Positions 12,990 to 24,181 of a stretch of 64,000 bases of DNA are shown here, piece after piece. The notes below the pieces were generated by a model. The model worked only from the letters and a program-made list of their open reading frames with translations. It was not told the origin of the DNA and did not search any database. This DNA is from Gekko japonicus. Taxonomy: Eukaryota. The translations under genes and the position numbers were made by a program. The DNA is taken from assembly GCF_001447785.1 (NCBI RefSeq), contig NW_015161963.1, positions 492,885 to 556,884 of the forward strand. Direction: 5' to 3'. Each line of letters opens with the position of its first letter. The stretch's first letter is position 1.

Positions 12990-13127
12990 CCACGGGCGCC
13001 GCGGGGGCGCTACTACTGCGGGAGGAAGAAAGGAGGCGGCGGCGGTGGCTGAGGCCAAAGCCCAGGCTCATGGCCCGGCAGCGGGGTCGGCGCAGCTCAG
13101 GAGTCTCGGCCACCTTCATGGCGACAT
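12853..13127 (-). promoter_or_regulatory. RNF10 5' leader uORFs: uORF1 M-S-P-stop (13127-13116) and an overlapping out-of-frame uORF (ATGs 13119 and 13071, stop 12855-12853)
   Basis: Read directly from the minus strand. No other ATG between ~13400 and 13127. Confidence 0.7.
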
Positions 13128-14196
13128 CTTCCTTACAGCTTCACCCTGACAAGAGGAAGAAAAAGGCCTCACCCGTCCAGTTACAGCCTCGCCTGCCGCC
13201 GAGCACGGCCGGGCCTGCGGGGCCCCGGGACCGAGGAACGGCGGAGGGGGGGACGAGGGAGCCCCGCAGGACCAGGCCGGCCCGGCGTTGACCCCGGCCT
13301 AAACGGGCTCGGAGCAGAAGTGCCGCCCAAGGGAACCCTCCCTCGGGCCGCCTCAGTACGACTGCCGACGCCTCAATACTACCGCAGCCCCGTAATGGCG
13401 ACGAGTCGCCGACAGCAGTGCCCCACAAAGGACCCGGATGAGTGTATTTCTACAAGGACTCGGGGGAGGCGGGGCCAACCTTGCCCTCACAGCATGCCGG
13501 GTGTTGTTGTGCTTTTCCTTCTAGTTTGGACGGATTATGAGCAAGAGAAAACTACGGCTCCCAGCGTACTTTGTAGCAAGGCTCGCCTCCGCTTTGATGT
13601 AAACATTGACTTTCTACAGCTGCAGATATAAATGGCAATGTTATAGGAGGGTCAAACCAAAGTGCTTCCTCCGCCCTTCCCTTTTCTTTTGTAGAGCTGC
13701 CACATCGCCCCATGGGAGTTGTAGTTAAGTACTGCTTACTTGTTTCGAGGTGTAAACCAACGGTTGTGGAGGAGAATCTTCCTTCTTTTGAACTTCTCTG
13801 CTATAATAACGTATTTATATAGCACGTTCTATTTTGAAGGCGCTTCACGCACATTATTTATTTATTGGCTTACACTATTTATAGTTCACCATCTTCATCA
13901 CTGAGACTCAAGGCGGGTACAACAGTTCTGTTAGGAAGGTCAGGATTATTTTCCCTACCTCGCAGGTGGTGGACTGAGGCTTCCCCTGCAGAGTTACTCC
14001 AGTCTAAACCCACAGAAATTATAGACTGGAGTAACTCTGGATATGATTGCACTGTAAGCAATTTACCTATGGTCACCAAGTAAGTTCGTGGCAGAGGTAA
14101 TATTTTAATTCTGGGCTTCATGATTCATAGTTCTAGACACCACATTCTTGCAAACTTGCAAGTGACGTTGAGGCAGAACTCTTGAGTTCTGGCTTA

Positions 14197-15012
14197 GGCC
14201 CCGGTCACACGGGCAGGAAACTGTGGGGGGGGAGCATGGCAGTTTGCCCCGGGGCAAACTACTGTGCGGTAAAGTGATCAGACCTCCCGTGGAGGTACCG
14301 TGGAGGTTGATCGCATGACCAGGGGTCTTGTAGAAAAAGAGCTGCCGGAGCTCATTAGCATAACTCATTAGCATAACTTATTTGCATATGCCACGCCCCC
14401 TGACATCACCGGAAGTGACAGAAGGCCACACCCCCTGACATCACCGGAAGTGTGTCAGAAGGCCCGGCTACTTACCCTCCTGCTTCATCCTCATTCCCAA
14501 ACGGAATGAGGATCGAAGCAGAGGGCGGGGTAAAGAAGGGGGCGGGGCTTCACCACGTGACCGCCCCGCCCCCTAGAGGTTCTCTTCCGGAGCTCCGTAC
14601 CTGAGAGCTCCCCCCCGACTAGAGCCCTGCGCATGACAATCCCACGCGCAAAAAAGAAGCGCGCGGTGCGGCAAACTGGATTTTTTTTTTCGTGTACACC
14701 GCGACTGCGCATGCTCCATTGGGTGCTTGTGCGCATCCACGGAGACTTGGAAAAAAACACACCTTTTTTGCAAGGGGACATGGGTGGGCACCGGATGCCT
14801 CCGGAAACGCGATCAGACGCCTGCCCTTGCCCCGCAGTTTTCGGAAACTAGTACCTCCGAGGTACTAGTTTTTTGCTGCGTGTTTTCGGCGGGAAGCCTC
14901 GGTTGCGTCACGGAAGTGCTACGCTTCCCAGATGTGCTGGTGAGATCGCCCCCAGAAACTCCGCTTGACTTCCATCGCTCTAGCGTGGCTAATGCTCCGT
15001 GTGACCGCAGCC
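14197..15012. mobile_element. CpG-rich non-autonomous DNA element, PIF/Harbinger-like TIRs, composite interior
   Basis: TIRs GGCCCCGGTCACACGG vs GGCTGCGGTCACACGG (reverse complement; 14/16). Left flank TTA, right flank AAA, so the TSD is imperfect. Confidence 0.55.
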
Positions 15013-15034
15013 AAAGGACTTTATATCCTCACAA

Positions 15035-15862
15035 AGGACAGGGTAAAAGCCGGAACGGCCAGGAACAGGCACTAAACACACAATAGCACCACAAAAAACA
15101 GTGGCATGCATTACAGGCTCTCCAGAACAATATTCTAGAAGTGAAAACACGGAACTCTCACTCTTTTATTAACCCTTTCTAGGCCAAACTGCCTCCGGAA
15201 AACCCCGGAACGGGCATTAAACAGACGATAGTACTGCAAAAAACAGTGGCATGCATTACAGGCACTCCAGAACAATATTCTAGAAGCGAAAACAGGGAAC
15301 TCTCACACGTTTATTAACCCTTTCCAAGCCAGAATGCCTCCTCAAATGGCCCCGAATGAAAAGGTAGGGATGACCTACGGGATTTTGTGGAAAAGACAAC
15401 TGGCCAGATTATAGGAGAGGAGAACAATAGAGGATTGGATGGGAGTGGTGACAGGCAGCAGGTTTTTCTGCAGTGGGTCAGGGCCAAAAATGCACCAGGC
15501 TTGCTTTTCGCTCGAAACCCCCTGAGCTGTCCAGTAGTAGCTTGGGGCTTTAATCATGTCCTCAACCTAATGGGGATCAACTAGCTGGATGCTACACAGC
15601 ACAGGGCCAGGGGCTGGCAGTGGAAGGGCTCCCCAAGGGTTTGTGCAGGTCTTCCCCCTTGCACATCAGTCAATTTGTTAGACTTCCACAAGACTCGGTG
15701 CAGTATTTAACCAACCAGGGGTCATTTAGTAGAAAAAGTTCAGTGTTTCCACTTCTAGAATATTGTTCTGGAGTGCCTGTAATGCATGCCATCGTTTTTT
15801 GCAGTACTATTGTGTGTTTAGTGCCCATTCCGGCTGGGCCATTCCAGCTTTTACCCTGTCCT
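15035..15862. repeat. Foldback element: ~120-bp inverted arms (15035-15155 vs 15738-15862) plus a second direct copy of part of the arm at ~15210-15301
   Basis: GGCATGCATTACAGGC.CTCCAGAACAATATTCTAGAAG occurs twice forward and once reverse-complemented. Confidence 0.75.
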
Positions 15863-16264
15863 AAGTTTTTCACACTTATACTACTCAAAAATGTCTAAGG
15901 ACCTTCCCAGTTCTCTTGCCCATGGGAAAATTGGAGAATTTTAAGGAGCACTAAAAAAACAAAAAAAACTCTTATACTTTTTTTGTATAAATGTAAGTAA
16001 TTTTTGCACTAATAATGTTTAATGGTAATACATTATTTAGGAGTTCAGTATTTTTAATGTTATAAAGTTTCGCTTAATCTCCAAATATCCTGGTAGTCAT
16101 ACCTATTGTGACTTCAAGAGGTTCTGTCCAAATAATGCACTTTCTTTTGTTTAGAGCAGGATTTGTTTTTGGCTTTCAACTTTTATTTTTTCTACCTCTT
16201 GTTACACTTAAACAAGTGTCTCTTTCTAAAACTAAGACAAATGTGCTTCAGAAAGAAATGGAGT

Positions 16265-18764
16265 CATAAGAACATAAGAACATAAGAGATGCCAATGTTG
16301 GATCAGGCCAAAGGCCCATCCAGTCCAACACTCTGTATCACACAGTGGCCAGAAATACCAGTGCCATCAGGAGGTCCACCAGTGGGGCCAGGACATTAGA
16401 AGCCCTCCCACTGTTGACCCCCCCAAGCACCAAGATGACAGAGCATCACTTGCCCCAGAGGCCCTATCTATACCTTGTGGCTAATAGCCACTGATGGACC
16501 TCTGCTCCATATGCTTATCTAATTCCCTTTTGGAGCCGTCCATGCTTGTAGCCGCCACCACTTCCTGTGGCAGTGAATTCCAAGTGTTAATCACTCTTTG
16601 GGTGAAAAAGTACTTCCTTTTATCCGTTCTAACCCGACTGCTCAGCAATTTCATGGAGTGCCCACGAGTTCTTGTATTGTGAGAAAGGGAGAAAAGTACC
16701 TCTTTCTCTACCTGCTCTTTCCCATGCATAATCTTATAAACCTCAATCATGTCACCCCTCAGTCGTCGTTTCTCCAAGCTAAAGAGACCTAAGCTCCTTA
16801 ACCTTTCCTCATAGGGAAAGTGTTCCAACTCTTTTATCATTCGAGTTGCCCTTTTCTGCACTTTTTCCAAAGCTATAATATCCTTTTTAAGGTGTGGTGA
16901 CCAGAACTGCACAGAGTATTCCAAATGAGGTGTTAAAAAGCAGTGGACCAAGTACTGATCCCTGTGGTACCCCACTGCTTACACCCCTCCACTGGGAGAA
17001 CTGCCCATTTATACTCACTCTCTGTTTTCTATTAATTAGCCAGTTTTTGATCCATAAAAGGACTTGTCCTTTTATCCCATGATTTTTGAGCTTGCTTAGG
17101 AGCCTTTGATGAGGAACTTTATCAAAAGCTTTCTGGAAGTCAAGGTAAACAATATCTATTGGATCCCCCTTGTCCACATGTTTGTTCACCCCCTCAAAGA
17201 ACATTAACAGGTTAGTGAGACAAGATCTTCCCTTACAGAACCCATGTTGAGTCTGCCTCAATAGGTTTTGTTCATCTATGTGCCTACTAATTCTTTCCTT
17301 AATAATGGTTTCCACCAATTTACCCGGTATCGACGTCAGACTGACAGGCCTGTAATTTCCCGGATCTCCTCTGGAACCCTTTTTAAAGATGGGAGTGACA
17401 TTAGCTACCTTCCAGTCCTCAGGAATGGAGGCTGATTTTAAGGAGAGATTACATATTTTTGTCAGGAGATCCACAAGTTCACAATTGAGTTCTTTCAGAA
17501 CTCTTGGATGTATGCCATCTGGGCCTGGTGATTTATCAGTTTTTAAGTTGTTTATCAGTTTTAGGACCTCCTCTCTCGTCACCTCAATCTGACTCAGGTC
17601 TTTCAACACCCCTCCCGAACTCAGCGGCTCTGGAGTGGGCAAGCACCTCTCATCTTCCACAGTGAAGACGGAGGCAAAAAATGCATTTAGCTTCTCAGCC
17701 ATTTCCCTATCATCCTTCAGTACTCCTTTTACCCCTTGGTCATCCAAGGGCCCCACTGCCTCCCTGGCTGGTTTCCTGTTTCTAATGTATTTGAAGAAAG
17801 TTTTATTGTTGGTCTTTACATTTTTTGCTATATGCTCCTCATATTCCCTTTTTGCATGCCTGACCACAGACTTGCATTTTATTTGCCATAGCCTGTGTTC
17901 TGTTTTATCAGCCTCACTGTGACTAGCTTTCCACCGCTTAAAGGAATCCTTTTTACCTTTTACAGCTTCCATTACTTTGTTTGTTAACCATGTAGGCTTT
18001 TTCTTATACCTGTTTGTGCCTTTCCTAACCTGCGGAATATATTTTATTTGAGCTTCTAGAATTGTAGTTTTAAACAGTTTCCAAGCTTCCCCAATGGTTT
18101 TGACCCTTTCTACTTTTCCCTTCAGTTTCCTCCCCACATGTCCCCTCATATCAGAAAAATTACCCCTTTTAAAGTTAAAAGTGGTTGTGTGAGTCTTTTT
18201 GGCCAATTCCCTATTTGTACAAATGTTGAACTCAACAACATTATGATCACGGTCCCCAAGCGGTGCAATCACTTTTACATCTCTCACCAGGTCTTGAGTG
18301 TTACTTAGGACCAAATCAAGGATCGCCTCTCTCCTGATAGGTTTCGTGACCATCTGCTCCATAGCACAGTCATTTAGAATGTCTAGAAACTCAATCTCTT
18401 TTTCTCGACTAGAACACATATTGACCCAATCAATGTGTGGGTAGTTAAAATCACCTATTACGACACAGTGTTTTTGTCTAGCTGCTATCTTTAATTCATT
18501 CATCATTTTATAATCCTCCTCTATCTTTTGATCTGGTGGGCGATAACAAACTCCCAGTGTTAAGTTTCCTTTTGGCCCCCCTATTTCAACCCACAGAACT
18601 TCCAGAAGCGAATCCAATTCTCTTAACCTCTCAATCTTTCTGGACTTCATACCCTCTCTGACATACAGAGCCACCCCACCTCCAACCCTTCCCCCCCATC
18701 CTTCCGATATAATATATAACAGGGAATCACCGTATCCCACTGATTTTCCTCATCCCACCAAGTC
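16265..18764 (-). mobile_element. CR1 LINE, 5'-truncated, ORF2 (C-terminal part of endonuclease plus RT) with an internal deletion
   Basis: 617-aa ORF with GDFNYP, KSPGPDG, NYRPVSLTS, YLDFQKAFDKVPH, GVPQGSVLGP. C-terminal LEKRRLRGD...FFTQRVINTWNSLP. (TTATGTTC)n 3' tail. Confidence 0.96.
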
Positions 18765-19208
18765 TAAATCAGGGATGAGATTTTAAGTACTTTTTATTAT
18801 CTGCACAGATAAGAGAGAACACAACCAGCATTTCAGAGTGCTCTCTGCCTTTCTGGTGGAAGGCAGAAGTTTTTATACAAAGCAAAGTTAAGGCACTGAT
18901 TGGTCATTGTCATTTTACAAGCAAAATATTAATTGGCTGTTACAGATCCCATGGTGTACAGGTCATAGCTATGTTACATGATGACACCTGCCTTTTGCAG
19001 GGCTCAATAGACAGAGAATCTTCCAAGTCTCCTGACTGGAAATTACAAACCTCAGTCTCACCTCTCCCTACAGAATGTTCTCTCAACCTTGTTACTTTAA
19101 CAATAAACCTCCCTGCTATGAACTGTGATAGCTACGTAGAGAGGCCCTCTCAGAGAAATGTTTTGCCATGCAACTTTTTGTCCAGCCTTTAGCAAAATAG
19201 ACGTTACA
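18765..19208 (-). mobile_element. Possible solo LTR fragment
   Basis: Minus strand begins TGTAAC, then two CCAAT, TATAAAA and AATAAA in LTR order. Other end unclear. Confidence 0.4.
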
Positions 19209-19562
19209 CAGGTTTATGATCAAAAAGAAATAATAAAGCCTGAAGTGAAATAAATCACTAATGTACCTACTACACTCTCATATGGCAAAAATTAAACATG
19301 CATGTGTTATAGTAGCGTAGGGTTAAGCAGTTTGCAACTCTCTCAAGTATTGGATATATTTGCAGGTTTTTTCTTATAGAAAATGTAGTTATACTTTTAA
19401 ATTCCATACATATACCAAATAGTAAGCATTTTATATACTTACTAGATTATAAATGTAGTTAAATCTGATAGGGCAGTAAGTGTTGCATATACCTTCAATT
19501 TCCCCCAAAATTTCTGGTTTTTCTCCCCGGGGCTTAAAAATTTCCAGATATTTTACATCTTG

Positions 19563-19645
19563 AAAGGTAAAGAAAGGTAAAGGTTTCCCTTGCTCGAAAG
19601 CCAGTCGAATCCGACTCTAGGGGGCAGTGCTTGTCTCCGTTTCTT
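19563..19645 (-). mobile_element. Sauria SINE 3' fragment
   Basis: (ACCTTT)n-type tail and AAACGGAGA...CCCCCTAGAGTCGG core on the minus strand. Confidence 0.7.
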
Positions 19646-19974
19646 ACTCAGAATTAATTCAGTGGAGCTTCTAAGTAACTGTGCTTGGAATTGCAGCTGT
19701 GTATCGCCATCCGAGACGTATTTGACTGAAGTAAACCCCTCTGAGTTCTAGAGAGACTTCCAATAAATAATAATAATAAGCCCTAACTTGAGGAATCGGC
19801 TTGTTAATAATTTGCCATTTAACAGGTTGCATTGTAGGACATGCGCTGTCTTCAGCACACGTTTGATTCAGAGAGTGGGAAGGCTGTGTGCTCAAACAGA
19901 ACTACCTGGTCAATACTAGTCCCGCAAACTTGTCAGCAGAGGGACTAGCCCTGTAAAACATCCTGTTATCGAAT

Positions 19975-20100
19975 GACTAGTCGTCGATTAAGGTGCGACG
20001 CCGCTATCTAGAGCAAAGCGGGATAACTGCGCATGTGGTGTTCCACCCGTTCAGGAGAGAGCGTCATTGATGCGGCATGAATCAAGATGGCCGCCTCCAT
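19975..20100 (+). promoter_or_regulatory. COQ5 promoter: NRF1-like TGCGCATGTG (20028-20037) and YY1-like AAGATGGCCGCC overlapping the start codon
   Basis: Motif matches in a small CpG-rich region, as is usual for nuclear-encoded mitochondrial genes. Confidence 0.6.
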
Positions 20101-20258
20101 GGCCGTAGCTTCTTGCTGGGTTCTGCGAGGTTGCCGGGACCAGCGGCTGCTGCTTGGGTGGGGGCGTCGGCTGTGCAGTGGAGGGGGGCGCGCGGCAGCT
20201 GACGCGAGGACTCACTTTGGGTTTCAGACTGTGTCTGAGGAGGAGAAAGGAGAGAAGG
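20087..20258 (+). CDS. COQ5: COQ5 exon 1 (mitochondrial targeting peptide, THFGFQTVSEEEKGEK)
   Basis: ATG in strong context, Arg-rich N-terminus, THFGF motif, GTGAG donor in phase 1. Confidence 0.95.
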
Positions 20259-20285
20259 GTGAGAGAGAACTGGGCTGCCTGTGAT

Positions 20286-20792
20286 CAATGTTCCCCCTAA
20301 GCTGAATTAGTGTAAAGTAGCTCACAGTTTTTAGCCTGAGGCTCACACATTTTTGTCTTAGCTCAGGAAGGATGGCACCAGAGCAAACTAATTTATGCAG
20401 TCGCGAAATCGTTCGCTCACAATTTTAATCCCGCAAAGTTAAGAGTCCAATGGCACCTTTAAGACCAACGAATTTTTATTCAAGATGTGAGCTATCATAG
20501 TTGTACATATATAGGGGTGACTTGTTAAAATTAAAGAATGACAAGCTCGGTTTCTGGTTATCATCTGTCGCAGTTCAACTGGGGTGGGGGAAACATAGGT
20601 GATAAATATGTTAGAACTGGAGATTGAGGTGTCCTAATTTGTGGTTTGTTGGTCTTAAAGGTGCCATTGGACTCTAACTTTGTTGTATTGCTTCAGAGCA
20701 ACACGGCTGCCCACCTGAATCTAACTTTAATACCAGTAGCTCAGAAAGTAGAATTTTTGCTCACAAGACTCTACATCTTAGAGGGAGTATTG
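20286..20792. mobile_element. hAT MITE (CAGTGTTCCCTCTAAG family) interrupted by a Penelope-like fragment (~20431-20722)
   Basis: Both MITE halves match the copies at 37016 and 47854. The insert has inverted GAGTCCAATGGCACCTTTAAGACCAAC arms. Confidence 0.8.
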
Positions 20793-20954
20793 GGGAGATG
20801 TCTGCCCCGTCCAAGCTAGGAAAGGTGGTTCTTTAGATGCCTGCTGGCTCCCGTAGGTTTTATATTGCATTTCTTATGTGGTCAAGATGTTACTGGTATT
20901 TTGTGGAGCTGTACAGAATTCCTAAAGCAATAATCTAGCCTCTTGATTTAAGGA

Positions 20955-21184
20955 GATGTAGCGGTTAGATTGCTGGAACTGGATCTGGAAGACCCAGGTT
21001 AGAATCACCATTTTGGAATGGAAGTTTACTGGGTGACCTTGGGCCAGTCACATACACTCAACCTAACCTACCTCACAGGGTTGTTGTGAGGATAAAATAG
21101 AGAAGAGAAGAATGCTGTAACTTAGGGTTCCCATTGGAGAGAAAAGTAGGGTATAAATGAAATAAATAAATACATAAATAAATG
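20955..21184 (+). mobile_element. tRNA-derived SINE (Squam3-like) with (TAAA)n tail
   Basis: A/B-box-like head, GGGTGACCTTGGGCCAGTCAC...CCTAACCTACCTCACAGGGTTGTTGTG core. Confidence 0.75.
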
Positions 21185-21716
21185 TCTGGCAATAGAGGGA
21201 GGATAAATACAGAACTGAGGTTAAGAGAAGAATATGGGCAACTGCAATCATGATATGTAGGCTTTGTTTCAGTAAAGAATGAGGACTGAGGAGCTGGGCC
21301 AGAAATTTCACAGCAAATGTGGTTTTAGTTATCTCAGATGCGGATGAGATGCTGGAAAACTGTGGCAGGCTTCTTACCAAGTTAATGTTTTTATATGAGG
21401 GGAAGAGCTGTGCTTTCTTTGTATTTAGCGGCGTGAGTGGTGGGTTGGATTGTATGCAGCACAGCTGGAAGGTGCTGGCACATGTAGATCTTTCCTGCCA
21501 TTCCCGGAAGCCACGGTGCAGAGTGTTTGGGTCCTACGTGGACCCCATGCAAAATAGGCAGCGGCATTGAAGAAGTGATTGAAATTGCCCCAGTTGGATC
21601 CACAGAGCCTCTTGCTAGCGGAAAAGATAAATGGGATGCAGTGTAACCAGTATGTTAGATAAGAGTGGGACTTGTCTAGTCTACCACTTTATCATTTGAA
21701 AAAAAAATCATTTCAG

Positions 21717-21866
21717 TTTACCAGGTCTTTGAAAATGTGGCTAAGAAGTATGATATAATGAATGATTCAATGAGTCTGGGTATCCATCGAATCTGGAAAG
21801 ACATCTTCTTGCACCAAATGAACCCATGCCCAGGAACCCAGTTGCTTGATGTTGCTGGAGGGACAG
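21717..21866 (+). CDS. COQ5: COQ5 exon 2 ([28 protein letters not shown]...LLDVAGGT)
   Basis: 150 nt, SAM-binding motif I of the UbiE/COQ5 family, AG acceptor and GTAAG donor. Confidence 0.97.
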
Positions 21867-22658
21867 GTAAGCCTAAAACAATTCTAGGCTTATTAGTGAG
21901 CATTGGTTTTAGCTTGAAGCTAAGTGTAAGTTGACTATGCAACTCTATAAATATGCTGTACAGACTATCCCAGTTTAAAAGATCTGATGCATTAGAAAAT
22001 CTTGCATTCCAGTGTTTGTTAGGATAAGACATTTTCATTACATTGAGTGGGTTATCGGATGGTATATGAACGACAGATTATAAGAAGCAAGGAAGAATGC
22101 AATCACAACTGGGAGCCACCTGTGTTAAGGTTAGTTGAATTAGTTTGTAGATCAAATGAAGAGTGTGAGGAACTGAGGAGTTAAGATAGCCATGGAATTT
22201 CCTCATCTAGGATTTTTCATGACTTTGGGAAGAAAAATTAATGCCATAGTCATGAAAATTCACTGGAATCCACTGCTACTGCTGCAATATTGGCTGAACA
22301 TGATATGTTTGAACCAAATTGCAACATTATGAACAATCTGTAGTTTCTGAGTTAGATAGTTGTTTCCCATTCTGATCTTTGGAATAGGGCATAGTGTAAA
22401 TTGGGGTGAATAAGTGTGTAAATGAACAAATACAATATATAAATGTCTAGATTTGTGCTTCTTTGGTAGTTCAGGGTAGGGCAGTCTTCAGGATGAGAAG
22501 TAACTCCTCCCATTAGTGAAGACTGTTCTACCTTAGGACCACCGGGAAGGGAAATTCATGGTAAGTGAACAAGTTTCCATTCTGTGTCCTTAAATGCTTG
22601 AACATTTAATTTCAGGGGAGACCCTACATTGTGAATCTTCCTTTCACAACAAATGCAG

Positions 22659-22883
22659 GTGACATCGCCTTTCGATTTCTCAATTATGTTCGTTCCCAGC
22701 GGGAGCATCAGGTCCGACAGCAGCTGAGAACACATCAGAACTTATCATGGCAGGAAATTACCAAACTTTACCAGGAAGAGGAGCATAAATCATTGGGGGG
22801 CTCCCATGTGGTGGTCTGTGACATTAACAAGGAGATGCTGAAGGTTGGAAAGCAAAAATCACAATGCCTTGGCTATTCTGAAG
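22659..22883 (+). CDS. COQ5: COQ5 exon 3 (GDIAFRFLNYV...VVVCDINKEMLKVGKQK...YSE)
   Basis: 225 nt, AG/GT boundaries, protein match. Confidence 0.96.
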
Positions 22884-23353
22884 GTAATGGACTGTAACTT
22901 CTGCAATGGGGTTTGAACAATGGCAGACCACGTGGGTGCATCACCATATGATTAGATCCTATGAAATGAGCTCCAGGCACTTGTGGAGGTAGACCTTTCC
23001 CTTCCCTTTCTTTCCTCCAGCAGTCCCCTAAGACCTCTGAAAAGCCAGAGGATCATGGGAGCCTCTAGGACAAAATGCAGCAAGACTTGGGAAGCTGCAG
23101 CAAAGAAGGGGAATGCAGCAAACTCACCCCTCCTTTTTGTCCCAGCAGGCAACTTGCTCTTATACGTTAGCTGCCTCAGCAACAGGAGGAGTTGGAAGTG
23201 ATTTCATCTTATTCCCCCTCCTCACTGCGGCAAAAGAGATCTACTGACTAAGTGATGCAGTGCTCTACAAACCTTGAAAGAATGAAATCTGAAATAAAAT
23301 TTATTAAGAATAGTAATACCAAGGGGTTGACCTGGAAAACTGCTGCACTCAGT

Positions 23354-23421
23354 TGTTGTTGTTCAGTCGCACAGTCGAGTCCGACTCTTCGCGACCCCAT
23401 GGACCAGATCATGCCAGGCTG
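23354..23421 (-). mobile_element. Very short 3' end of an RTE-BovB LINE
   Basis: (CAA)n tail, GAAGAGTCGGACTCGACTGTGCGACTGAAC shared with the 58553 copy, 10-bp TSD TGCACTCAGT. Confidence 0.8.
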
Positions 23422-24074
23422 TGCACTCAGTGCACTGTGCATTCAGGCAGGCACAGTAATATTATTAGAAGGTGTAACTCTCTGGAGACCTTTGCAGGAT
23501 ATAAGCAAAGCTCAAGGTGGTATAAAGCTGAAATATTTTGGCTTATGAATGGTGATGTCAGTCACTGGCTGCCATGGTGATTGGATTAACTCTTGAAGCT
23601 TGCCTTCAGGCATGTGCAGAAACTCTCATGATTTGTCTCATAGAAGACTTGAAAAGCAGGTAGCCCTGTTAGTCCATAGCAAACTCCAAACAAACAAAAG
23701 CCATGTAATACTTTTTATTAAGATCTATCCAAAATACAACATGGTATGCAAGCTTTCATGTTCTCCAACACTGTTCGTCATGCTGGATGCGACGAAGCAA
23801 AAATAAAAGGGGGGAGGGGTGCCTCAGGCCCTGCCCTTAAGGCTTCTTCATCAGCATCCTGTAAAAAGAATGCTTTGCAGGCTTTAGGGCACAGGATGTG
23901 CTAATATCAGGTTTTACTATTGACATGCTGGAAACAAGAAGCAAGAGAAGGATGCCAACCAGTAGTTGATCCAGTGTATCTGACAATTCATACAAAACTG
24001 TCTTTGTTGTGAGGGCATTTGTGAGATTACTTGGGAATATGGTACTCAGCAGTTTCTTCTATGTTCTTTCAAAG

Positions 24075-24181
24075 GATTGTCGTGGGTGCTTGGAAATGCG
24101 GAAGAACTGCCATTCAACAATGACAGTTTTGACGTTTACACAATTGCCTTTGGTATTCGGAACGTAACTCATATTGACCAC
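24075..24181 (+). CDS. COQ5: COQ5 exon 4 ([36 protein letters not shown])
   Basis: 107 nt, AG acceptor and GTGAGT donor, AFGIRNV motif. Confidence 0.97.

Larger units (their letters stand above)
12780..13730 (-). promoter_or_regulatory. RNF10 CpG island and promoter, with ZNF143/SBS-type ACTACNNNTCCCA motifs (13551-13563 +, 13711-13726 -) and a YY1-like ATGGCG near 13395
   Basis: High CpG density; motif matches seen directly. Confidence 0.75.

Noticed and set aside
12742-13291. Plus-strand ORFs antisense to RNF10 exon 1
   Set aside because: Expected stop-codon scarcity in a GC-rich CpG island; no recognisable protein
16887-18740. 617-aa ORF as a host gene
   Set aside because: It is CR1 ORF2 with a CR1 3' tail and lacks the catalytic segment
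20070-20110. Two out-of-frame ATGs just upstream of the COQ5 start
   Set aside because: They lie within 17 nt of the main ATG and the TSS is unknown, so they may not be in the mRNA
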